Source of the DNA: Armatimonadota bacterium
Lineage (GTDB): Bacteria; Armatimonadota; UBA5829; DTJY01
Assembly: GCA_017993055.1 (NCBI GenBank)
Contig: JAGONM010000007.1
Coordinates: 50,960-114,959, forward strand
Length of the DNA stretch: 64,000 nucleotides
Direction of reading: 5' to 3'
The notes beneath the pieces were generated by a model. It had not been told where the DNA came from and did no database searches. It was given only the letters and a program-made list of their open reading frames with translations. Made by a program: the position numbers and the translations under genes. Numbering within the stretch: the first letter of the stretch is position 1; each line of letters opens with the position of its first letter. Below are positions 1 through 7,562 of this stretch, piece after piece.

Positions 1-585
1 GCGGTCCTATCGTCTATCAGGGCGGCGAAGGGCCGTGCGGACGGCGACGCTATCATGCTGAGCGACAAGATCGTAAGCGCCAACTACGCGACGTTCTTCT
101 ATATCTGCGAGGACAGGACGAGCAAGCGAGTCTCAGGCATACGGGTCGCAGGCAACTCACCAACACAGGGATACTTCGCGGACGTTGCGGGGATTCTGGC
201 AACCGTCAACGGCGAACGGGTGATCACCGCGCCTGACACGATGACAGAGACGGGACCCGGAGCGCCTGACCCGTTGTTCATGAACAACCGAAGCGTGGGA
301 GGAGAGGCGCTCAACGTGTACACCCCCGGCGTAACAGGCGGCCTCGGAACTCATAATATCGGCATGCTGGTGACCATCGCGGGCAGGGTCGTTGAGTCTG
401 CGACGGGATGCTTCGATTTGACTGACGGCGCACGAGCGGTGAGAGTCAGCACGGCCAGGCTGACGTCGGTGCCAGGCATCGGTTCGTTAGTCAAGGTTAC
501 CGGCATAGTCTCGACGGAGCAGTCAGGAGACACGATTACGGCAGTCGTTCTGCCGCGAGGCAACTCGGACGTGTCCCAGTTCTGA
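1..585 (+). CDS. 3' end of a larger secreted-protein gene (5' end lies outside the window); carries a ~195-aa C-terminal module shared with the giant subtilase
   Basis: Frame 1 is open from nt 1 (AVLSSIRAAKGRADGDAIM...), so the ATG at 55 is internal. The residues align by eye with the last ~195 aa of the 2692-aa ORF (FFYICEDR..SGIRV vs FYVQEEDRSCGIGV; TVNGERVI vs TVDGERIV; NIGMLVTIAGRV vs NIGLLVKTWGRV). A hairpin terminator follows. Confidence 0.6.
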   Translation, partial: AVLSSIRAAKGRADGDAIMLSDKIVSANYATFFYICEDRTSKRVSGIRVAGNSPTQGYFADVAGILATVNGERVITAPDTMTETGPGAPDPLFMNNRSVGGEALNVYTPGVTGGLGTHNIGMLVTIAGRVVESATGCFDLTDGARAVRVSTARLTSVPGIGSLVKVTGIVSTEQSGDTITAVVLPRGNSDVSQF

Positions 586-600
586 CATATGCGATGTGAA

Positions 601-636
601 GGGGCGGCTCACCGAAGCGGGCCGCCCCGATTTTCT
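601..636 (+). terminator. Rho-independent terminator
   Basis: 10-bp GC stem: ggggcggctc (601-610) pairs with gggccgcccc (619-628, one G-U pair). The loop is 8 nt and is followed by gattttct. Confidence 0.7.
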
Positions 637-663
637 GCCCAAGTTCTTGGCGGTGTGGCGGAT

Positions 664-1629
664 TCAGAAAGCCTCTTCACTGCCTTCGATCGGGAGGTCC
701 AGGGTCGCAAGCATCGAGTGCTCCCAGCCCACGGGAATCGGGGCGCAGCCTCTGGAAAGAAGCGACGCGTTGCCGCCGGGAAGCGGGCCGTCGGACGACT
801 CGCAGACGTAGACTTCGCGCCCCAGCCTGAGAGCGCGCAGGCACTCGGCTTCCATCACGCCGCCAGCCCGAATCTCCACCGCTACAACGACATCGGCCAG
901 AGCGAAGACCATCCGGTCGCGCTCGCGGCCGTTCGCCCCGATCCACCGGTCGTAGAGCCTGAACGGCGAGACCACGAGATCGCGCTCGGGGTCGAACCTC
1001 AGGTTCCAGATGCGGGCCTGAGCGACCGGCTCCCATCCGAGGCCCTGGGGGAACGCGCTCAGGATGCCTCTATCCAGCACCAGAAGGATCGGCGCGTTCC
1101 TCGACTTCGCGGCAAGTCCGACGATCTGGTAGCCCTGCGTGTTGTGGCTGGTGACGGCGGCTAGACCCTCGGCGGCCAGAGTGCTCGCGATGTCGCGGGT
1201 AGCCTCGATGCTCCTTCCGCCGATCTTCGCGGAGTTGACGACCGCATACTTCCGATCCCGCAGCAGGCCGAGGTTGCCGTGCGCGTAGACGATCGGCGGC
1301 GCGTCGGCCTGATAGTCGCGGAGCATCGAGGGGTAGTCGGCGTCCTGCTCGGTAAGCGTCCTGATGCGGAGGCCCTCGGCGGCGGAGGCGATCTTCGCGC
1401 TCGAAGAGAGAAGCTCGTCCTTGCGAAGCGCGATACAGTGGGCGGCCTCGGCGTGGAGCTTGTACTCCGACTGCAGGGCATCAGGGGACATCCGCCACGC
1501 CCGAACGGCCGGGAGGCACACTTCAGCGTCGGGCGTCTCGCGGAGTATGCGAGCGATCCCCCTCGGCCCGAGGTGCGGGACTGAGTGGAGCATCAGGGCG
1601 AACTGGGCGCGGGGGACGGCATCGGTCAT
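664..1629 (-). CDS. dprA: DprA/Smf-like DNA-processing protein (divergent)
   Basis: DADYPSMLRDYQADAPPIVYAHGN fits the DprA YP..L......P.vly..G signature. A Rossmann-like block follows (KYAVVNSAKIGG...GLAAVTSHN...APILLVLDRGI...VVAVEIRAGG). The canonical SG.A.GID motif is degraded. Confidence 0.55.
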   Translation of the reverse strand: MTDAVPRAQFALMLHSVPHLGPRGIARILRETPDAEVCLPAVRAWRMSPDALQSEYKLHAEAAHCIALRKDELLSSSAKIASAAEGLRIRTLTEQDADYPSMLRDYQADAPPIVYAHGNLGLLRDRKYAVVNSAKIGGRSIEATRDIASTLAAEGLAAVTSHNTQGYQIVGLAAKSRNAPILLVLDRGILSAFPQGLGWEPVAQARIWNLRFDPERDLVVSPFRLYDRWIGANGRERDRMVFALADVVVAVEIRAGGVMEAECLRALRLGREVYVCESSDGPLPGGNASLLSRGCAPIPVGWEHSMLATLDLPIEGSEEAF

Positions 1630-1696
1630 AGTATCTCACGGATCAGTGCAGTGCTCTAGTATTGGGGGCACATCGCTACACGACTCCGGTGTTTGT

Positions 1697-1909
1697 CTAC
1701 AATCCCCCCAGAAGCCGCCGGGCATCATCGAGGGCATCGGACTCCGTGCTCTTGCGCTTCTTGACCGTCTCGACGTCCTGGAGATCAATCTCGATCTTCG
1801 TGACACCCTCGAGTTCGACGTTGCCGATATCGAGGACGAGCCAGCCCTGCTCGGACTTCTCGCCCTTGTAGCTGGAGGTGAAACTCATCTTTTCCTTGGG
1901 GAACTGCAT
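1697..1909 (-). CDS. small hypothetical protein (70 aa)
   Basis: Strong GC3 codon bias typical of real genes in this genome. GAGGAG RBS lies 7 nt upstream of the ATG. No recognisable family. Confidence 0.55.
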   Translation of the reverse strand: MQFPKEKMSFTSSYKGEKSEQGWLVLDIGNVELEGVTKIEIDLQDVETVKKRKSTESDALDDARRLLGGL

Positions 1910-1924
1910 GTCAGTCTCCTCTCG

Positions 1925-1990
1925 GTCCTATCAGTCTGGTATCTCCTACAGATTCCACGGGACGTACGAGACGGATGGGACCTACGGGAC
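1925..1990. repeat. phased 9-bp tandem array: 3 units in one orientation and 4 in the other
   Basis: Plus strand 1955-1990 reads ccACGGGAC gtACGAGAC ggATGGGAC ctACGGGAC, which is GTCCCGTAG GTCCCATCC GTCTCGTAC GTCCCGTGG on the minus strand. Plus strand 1925-1951 reads GTCCTATCA GTCTGGTAT CTCCTACAG. Confidence 0.65.
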
Positions 1991-2827
1991 TCAGAGCCCC
2001 TTCCGGCCGGATTCGGCCTCGGTGCGGAGCGAATCCGCGATCTGGACACGGGCCTCGTCTATGATGTCCTGCACGTCTGCAGTTTGAAACACCCTCTGCT
2101 CGAAAGTGCGGTTCTTGAGAGTGTCGAGGAATCCTTCGAACTCACTGAAGTAGGAGCCGTAGATATGGAAGGAGTCCGCAATGTGAGTGTACTGCCCCAC
2201 CCTGATCTCGCGGCCCAAGCGCTCGGAGAGATTCTCGGCCACCGCACGCTGGAGGTCGGTGAACCCGTACATGTTCATGAACGCCGCCTTGAACGCATCG
2301 TTGGACCGCATGTGGGCGTTCAACACAAGCTCGTCATCGAAGACCCTGAACCAGAGCCGCTGCAGACACGCAGGGTCGTGGATGCCGGCGTCCTCCCAGG
2401 GCTTCCAGGTGATCGCCTGGGCGCGGCGGGTATGAGGGGCGTCGGCCAACTGGTTGATGACGTACTCCATCTGGTCAATCGGTCTCTCCATGCCCGGAAC
2501 GGAATACGCCGTCAGCCGCTCGTGGTAAGTGTACTCCCACTTTCCGGCGGTCGGGTCCACCCAGTGATCGTGGATGCCGTCCACGACCTCCTGACGGTAT
2601 GCCTCCAACTCGACTATGCCGCCGGGGAACGCCCGGTGGATGCGCGGCTCGGACATCGGATCGGTGACGGTAACGACCGCGATGGCGTCGCGACTCGGAG
2701 GGTCGCCGGGCTTGTCGTACTGGGTGGCGATGGGCGCACCCTGCTCCCAGGCGGCGATGACGGCGTTCTCCCATGCCTCAGGAAGGCTATTCGCGGTGAT
2801 ATGCACGACGGGCAGGGTCAGTGACAT
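1991..2827 (-). CDS. thymidylate synthase (ThyA-fold) family protein, archaeal-like paralog
   Basis: Three ThyA motifs are present: HTRRAQAITW (Arg-Arg pair), DPACLQRLWFRV (P-C-x3-Q-x-x-F-x-V nucleophile Cys motif) and MRSNDAFKAAFMNM (RS.D....N substrate motif). Confidence 0.75.
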   Translation of the reverse strand: MSLTLPVVHITANSLPEAWENAVIAAWEQGAPIATQYDKPGDPPSRDAIAVVTVTDPMSEPRIHRAFPGGIVELEAYRQEVVDGIHDHWVDPTAGKWEYTYHERLTAYSVPGMERPIDQMEYVINQLADAPHTRRAQAITWKPWEDAGIHDPACLQRLWFRVFDDELVLNAHMRSNDAFKAAFMNMYGFTDLQRAVAENLSERLGREIRVGQYTHIADSFHIYGSYFSEFEGFLDTLKNRTFEQRVFQTADVQDIIDEARVQIADSLRTEAESGRKGL

Positions 2828-2843
2828 GCTGACAGGCGCCTTT

Positions 2844-3212
2844 CTAGAGACTCGGCGGCTTGATCTTGCCTTGGAAGAGGTTGATCCAGGCCGACGTTCC
2901 CTCGAGCGACCAGTCCACGCACTCCTGGATTTCCTCGATCTTGCGCAGGCGGCCGACGGCCTTCGCGCGGCGATGTATCTTGTTCCAGACGCACGCGCGC
3001 TTCGGGTATACCTCGCACTTGCCGTTGGGGCGGGTGCCGCCGCAGGGACCGTTGCGAATCTTCTTCGGGCAGTTCATCGGGCAGGTAAGCGCCGTGTAGC
3101 TGAGTATGCACTGCCCGCACATGTGGCACCCGAACATCGCTTTCTTGAAAACGACCTCGCCGACGAGCACAGGGTAGTAGATCGCAGGGTTGCTGAGCCA
3201 CTCTCTGGCCAT
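2844..3212 (-). CDS. MTHFR_C / MetV-type Cys-rich domain protein
   Basis: CHMCGQCIL..CPMNCPKKIRNGPCGG..KCEVYP..ACVW is typical of the methylene-THF reductase C-terminal (MetV-like) domain. I moved the start to Met14 (ATG 3210-3212, RBS GGAAGGAG/AAGAGG) because a strong -10 box overlaps the ORF-track ATG at 3251. Confidence 0.65.
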   Translation of the reverse strand: MAREWLSNPAIYYPVLVGEVVFKKAMFGCHMCGQCILSYTALTCPMNCPKKIRNGPCGGTRPNGKCEVYPKRACVWNKIHRRAKAVGRLRKIEEIQECVDWSLEGTSAWINLFQGKIKPPSL

Positions 3213-3249
3213 GGACCTCTTACGCTCCTTCCAGGTGAATCCGGCAGTC

Positions 3250-3279
3250 ATTGTAGCCCCCCGTCGGCGGGTGTGTCAA
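3250..3279 (-). promoter_or_regulatory. sigma70-type promoter for the MTHFR_C/TS-like genes
   Basis: Minus strand: TTGACA (plus 3274-3279), 18-nt spacer, TACAAT (plus 3250-3255). Confidence 0.6.
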
Positions 3280-3281
3280 GG

Positions 3282-3310
3282 TTGACAATCGGCCATTCGC
3301 GTGGTACAGT
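3282..3310 (+). promoter_or_regulatory. sigma70-type promoter for tkt
   Basis: TTGACA (3282-3287), 17-nt spacer, TACAGT (3305-3310). A ~63-nt C-rich leader follows. Confidence 0.65.
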
Positions 3311-3379
3311 ATCGGCGGTTTGCCCCGTCGTTTCCGACCGACCGAACCGATTCCCACCCACCTAGGAGGACTACTGGCT

Positions 3380-5377
3380 ATGCAGGATACAGGCACGACC
3401 GGCACCGATCAGGAGATCGCGCGGCTGGAGAAGATCGCCCGGGAGCTTCGCACGCTCGACCTAGCCTCGATATACGCTTCGACCACCGGGCACCCCGGCG
3501 GGACGCTCTCTATCATAGACATCGAGACGGTGCTCTACTTCCACACGATGAACCACAAGCCGGAAGACCCCAACTGGGAGGGCCGCGACCGGCTCTTCTG
3601 GTCCGCAGGCCACAAGGCGCCAGCGATATACGTTGCGCTCGCAAAGGCGGGCTACTTCCCGATGGAGGAAGCGATGTGCCTCCGCCAGCTCGGAAGCCCT
3701 TGTCAGGGACACCCGAACTGGCGTGATCTGCCCGGTATCGAGATGTCGAGCGGCTCGCTCGGCCAGGGACTTGGAGTCTCGGTCGGGGCCGCCATTGCGG
3801 CCAAGCTGGACGGCGAAACGCACCGGGTCTACTGCATCATGGGCGACGGCGAGCAGCAGGAAGGCAGCGTCTGGGAGGCTGCGATGTCCGCGAGCCACTT
3901 CAGACTCGACAACCTCTGCGCGATCGTGGACAACAACCGCCTGCAGATTGACGGCCGGACAGAGGATGTCATGAACGTCGAGCCGATTGCCGACAAGTAC
4001 AGGGCATTCGGCTGGAACGTCATTGAGATAGACGGGCACAACATCAAGCAGATCATGCGCGCCTTCGAGGAAGCCAGCACCGTCAAGGGCAAACCGACAG
4101 TGATCATCGCGGCGACGATCAAGGGCAAGGGCGTCTCCTTCATGGAGGACCAGGTCGGTTGGCACGGGCTGGCGCCGAAGAAGGAGCAGTTCGAGGCCGC
4201 CATGGCAGAACTGCTGCCCGATACCATCGGTCACGAGAGGCTGCAGAAGCTGCTCGACTACGCCGCCGGACGCGCCGCCGAGGCCAGCAGGAAGGTCGGC
4301 GCGAAGATGCCGAAGTTCTCGCGCGACTACTGGTGGAACGCGGGAGATGACATGAAGGTTGACATGGACCCGACCCGCATGGGATTCGGCCGAAGCCTCT
4401 GCATGTGCGGGACCGACGATCGGGTCGTCACACTGCACGCGGACATCTCGAACTCGATCTGCATCACCGATTTCGAGAAGCAGAACCCCGAACGCGTTGA
4501 CCGCGTCATCAGCGTCGGTATCGCCGAGCAGAACATGATGGTGGTGGCGGCCGGTCTTGCGAAAGAGGGCAAGATACCGATCACCGGGACGTACGGCGTC
4601 TTCGCCGCGGGGCGCGCGTGGGACCAGATACGAACTACTCTATGCTACGCGAACCTGAACGTCAAGATCGCAGGCGCACACGGCGGCATCTCCGTGGGAC
4701 CGGACGGCGCGACTCACCAGGCGCTGGAGGAGATCAGCCTGATGGCGATACTCCCGAACATGCATCTCTTCGTCCCGGCGGACAGCATCGAGACCCAGAA
4801 GGCGACATGCGCGGCGATTCACGACATAGTCGGGCCGGTCTACCTCCGATACGCCCGCGAGGCCACACCGATCATCTCGACGGACACGACGCCGTTCGTC
4901 TTCGGCAAGGCGAACGTAATCCGCTATCGGGGCGCGAAGGAACACTTCATTGACGCCTTCGAAACCGTTCTCGCATCGGGCTACGAGAGCGAGGGCGAGA
5001 CCCTGGCGATCATAGCCTGCGGGCCGATGGTTCCGGAGGCGATGCGGGCGGCGTACATCCTCAAGGAGGACTTCGGAATCGAGACGCGGGTGCTGAACGT
5101 CCACACCGTCAAGCCTCTCGACGTCGAGGCGATTGTGAGGGCCGCTCGGGACTGCGGGGCCGTCGTGACTGCCGAGGAGCATCAGGTCGGCGGATTCGGC
5201 AACATCATCGCGAGCGCGATACTGAAGAACGCGAAGAAGCCGGTTGCCTTCGACATGATCGGCGTGCAGGACCGCTTCGGCGAGTCCGGACAACCCTGGG
5301 AACTGATGCAGGAGTTCGGCCTGACTGCGGAGCATATCGCCACAAAGGCACGGGAGGTCATCTCCGGGAGGATTTGA
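3380..5377 (+). CDS. tkt: transketolase (N- and C-terminal sections fused in one ORF)
   Basis: GHPGGTLS and GDGEQQEGSVWEA (GDG..EG ThDP motif), with pyrimidine-binding and C-terminal domains downstream. AGGAGGA RBS at 3364-3370 favours ATG 3380 over the ORF-track start at 3320. Confidence 0.85.
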   Translation: MQDTGTTGTDQEIARLEKIARELRTLDLASIYASTTGHPGGTLSIIDIETVLYFHTMNHKPEDPNWEGRDRLFWSAGHKAPAIYVALAKAGYFPMEEAMCLRQLGSPCQGHPNWRDLPGIEMSSGSLGQGLGVSVGAAIAAKLDGETHRVYCIMGDGEQQEGSVWEAAMSASHFRLDNLCAIVDNNRLQIDGRTEDVMNVEPIADKYRAFGWNVIEIDGHNIKQIMRAFEEASTVKGKPTVIIAATIKGKGVSFMEDQVGWHGLAPKKEQFEAAMAELLPDTIGHERLQKLLDYAAGRAAEASRKVGAKMPKFSRDYWWNAGDDMKVDMDPTRMGFGRSLCMCGTDDRVVTLHADISNSICITDFEKQNPERVDRVISVGIAEQNMMVVAAGLAKEGKIPITGTYGVFAAGRAWDQIRTTLCYANLNVKIAGAHGGISVGPDGATHQALEEISLMAILPNMHLFVPADSIETQKATCAAIHDIVGPVYLRYAREATPIISTDTTPFVFGKANVIRYRGAKEHFIDAFETVLASGYESEGETLAIIACGPMVPEAMRAAYILKEDFGIETRVLNVHTVKPLDVEAIVRAARDCGAVVTAEEHQVGGFGNIIASAILKNAKKPVAFDMIGVQDRFGESGQPWELMQEFGLTAEHIATKAREVISGRI

Positions 5378-5406
5378 CATTCGGCCAGAACTCTGATAGA
5401 TTATGC

Positions 5407-5448
5407 GCGAACCAGCATGGGTGCTGCGCCCGCTGGTTCGCTTTTTTT
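5407..5448 (+). terminator. Rho-independent terminator after tkt
   Basis: gcgaaccagc (5407-5416) pairs with gctggttcgc (5432-5441), followed by a T7 run (5442-5448). Confidence 0.8.
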
Positions 5449-5485
5449 GGAGTGCGGGACGCGACCCGCCACGAGGGACAGGAAC

Positions 5486-6811
5486 ATGTTTTTCGGAACG
5501 CAGACGATAAACTCAAAGGGCCATCTCGAGATCGGCGGCTGCGACACGGTCGAACTGGCGCAGAGCTTCGGCACGCCTCTGTACGTCATGGACGAGGCGC
5601 TGATCCGGCAGAACTGCCGGGACTACATCGGGGGTTTCCGGTCGCGATACGCTGACACGGAGATCGCGTTCGCCGGCAAGGCATTCCTGACCGCAGCCAT
5701 GTGCCGCATCCTGGAGCAGGAGGGTATGTCGCTCGACGTCGTGTCAGCGGGCGAGATGTACACGGCGCTCAAGGCGGGCTTCCCGGTGGAGCGGCTCTTC
5801 TTCCACGGAAATAACAAGTCTCCAGGCGAGCTCTCGATGGCCCTCGAACACGGAGTCGGCCGGATCGTCGTGGACAATCTGCGGGAACTCGAGATACTGA
5901 ACTCGCTGGCGGTCGAATCGGGGAGAACGGCGGACATCCTCCTGCGGTTGACGCCGGGCATTGACCCGCACACCCACCAGCTGATCCGCACCGGTCAGGC
6001 AGACACCAAGTTCGGCATGAACATCAAGGACGGCACGGCGATGCAGGCCGTCAGGCGCGCGCTCGAGTGCGAGGGCATTTCGTTGAGGGGTATCCACTGC
6101 CACGTCGGCAGCCAGTTGTTCGACCTCGAGGCTCACAGGGGCGCGGTGCGGGTGTTCGTCGAGTTCCTGAAGGACGCGCAAGCGGAGACCGGCGCCGTTC
6201 TCCAGGAAATGAACACAGGCGGAGGACTCGGCATAGCATACACGAAGGATGACGAGCCCCCGACGATCGACCGTTTCGCCGAGACGATCGTAAGCGAGTT
6301 CACGGCGGCTATCGAGGAATCCGGACTCGGTTTCAATCCGAGACTGATCCAGGAGCCAGGGCGCTCGATCGTCGGAACAGCCGGAACGACGCTGTACACG
6401 GTCGGCACGATCAAGAGGGTTCCGATCCAGGAGGAGCCGGGCTACCGGACATACATCGCGGTTGACGGCGGCATCACGGACAACCCCCGGCCGGCACTCT
6501 ATCAAGCGGTGTACACTCCGATCGTAGCCAACAAGGCGAACGCGGAGGCGTCCGAGGTCGTCACCATATCTGGGAAGCACTGCGAAACGGACACGCTGAT
6601 CAGCGGCGCGGAGATCGCCCCGGTCGAGCCGGGAGACATCGTCGCGGTGCTGAGTACCGGCGCCTACAACTACGCCATGGCGAGCAACTACAACCGCTTC
6701 CCCCGGCCGGCGGTCATTCTCGCAGCGGACGGGCGCGCGGACGTGATCGTGAAGCGGGAAACGCTCGAAGACATCGTGAAGAACGACGTGATACCGGAGC
6801 GACTTGGTTAG
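5486..6811 (+). CDS. lysA: diaminopimelate decarboxylase
   Basis: FGTPLYVMDE, AFAGKAF (PLP Lys), HCHVGSQ, GGGLGIAY, SGKHCETDTL and GAYNYAMASNYN. The start is set at MFFGTQ (ATG 5486). Confidence 0.9.
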   Translation: MFFGTQTINSKGHLEIGGCDTVELAQSFGTPLYVMDEALIRQNCRDYIGGFRSRYADTEIAFAGKAFLTAAMCRILEQEGMSLDVVSAGEMYTALKAGFPVERLFFHGNNKSPGELSMALEHGVGRIVVDNLRELEILNSLAVESGRTADILLRLTPGIDPHTHQLIRTGQADTKFGMNIKDGTAMQAVRRALECEGISLRGIHCHVGSQLFDLEAHRGAVRVFVEFLKDAQAETGAVLQEMNTGGGLGIAYTKDDEPPTIDRFAETIVSEFTAAIEESGLGFNPRLIQEPGRSIVGTAGTTLYTVGTIKRVPIQEEPGYRTYIAVDGGITDNPRPALYQAVYTPIVANKANAEASEVVTISGKHCETDTLISGAEIAPVEPGDIVAVLSTGAYNYAMASNYNRFPRPAVILAADGRADVIVKRETLEDIVKNDVIPERLG

Positions 6812-6823
6812 CGGGTAGAGATA

Positions 6824-7459
6824 TTGTTCCAGAACATGCCGAATCCGCAGACTATGCTGATGATGGCGATCGCCTTTCTGACGGCGCTGACCGTTCACGA
6901 GTACGCTCACGCGCGGGCGGCCCTCGCCGAAGGGGACGACACGGCCAAGGTCGCCGGGCGAATCTCGCTCAATCCCCTTGATCACCTCGACCCGTTCGGC
7001 GCGATCATGTTTGCCCTCATGATGATGAACGGCTTTGGGATCGCCTGGGGCAAGCCGGTACCTGTCAACCCGTACCGATTCAGGAGCCCGCGATGGGGCA
7101 ATCTGCGGGTCTCACTGTGGGGGCCGCTCTCGAACATCCTGTTCGCCTGCGCTCTGGCCCTGCTGTTCAGGTTCATAGTCGCCGGCCGCTTCGGCCTGAA
7201 CTACGTTCCGCTGATCCTGACCTGCATCTCGATGAACCTCGTGCTGGCGATGTTCAACCTGCTACCCGTTCCGCCACTGGACGGCTCAAAGGTGCTCGCC
7301 AGCCTGCTGCCGTACGAGACCGCACGGCGGTATGAGGAGGCAATGGGCAAGTACGGCTTCCTCATACTGATCGGCCTGCTCCTCACGGGTGTCATCAGCA
7401 TCATACTCGGGCCACCGAGGCGGTTTCTGTTCGGATTGCTCACCGGAATACCTTTCTGA
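6824..7459 (+). CDS. site-2 protease family (peptidase M50) membrane protein
   Basis: HEYAHA (HExxH), several TM segments and NLLPVPPLDG (second M50 motif). Confidence 0.75.
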   Translation: MFQNMPNPQTMLMMAIAFLTALTVHEYAHARAALAEGDDTAKVAGRISLNPLDHLDPFGAIMFALMMMNGFGIAWGKPVPVNPYRFRSPRWGNLRVSLWGPLSNILFACALALLFRFIVAGRFGLNYVPLILTCISMNLVLAMFNLLPVPPLDGSKVLASLLPYETARRYEEAMGKYGFLILIGLLLTGVISIILGPPRRFLFGLLTGIPF

Positions 7460-7562
7460 GCGCTGTGCGGGAAGGAAAATCACCCCCGGGGTCGCGAACC
7501 TCTCATTTGGTCGGTCGGCCGATTCGAAGCGGTGAGCATACACGCCGATCATCCAATACGAT

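Noticed and set aside
1364-2824. 486-aa plus-strand ORF spanning the dprA-like, small-ORF and TS-like region
   Set aside because: It crosses two intergenic regions of the minus-strand genes, has no motifs and is a typical GC shadow ORF.
3320-3379. Upstream ATG for transketolase (ORF track start 3320)
   Set aside because: A strong AGGAGGA RBS sits 9 nt before ATG 3380, and the N-terminal 20 residues (PRRFRPTEPIPTHLGG) are not transketolase-like.
5378-5485. Lysine riboswitch (L-box) upstream of lysA
   Set aside because: The 108-nt gap is mostly occupied by the tkt terminator hairpin. That is too short and lacks the multi-helix L-box layout.
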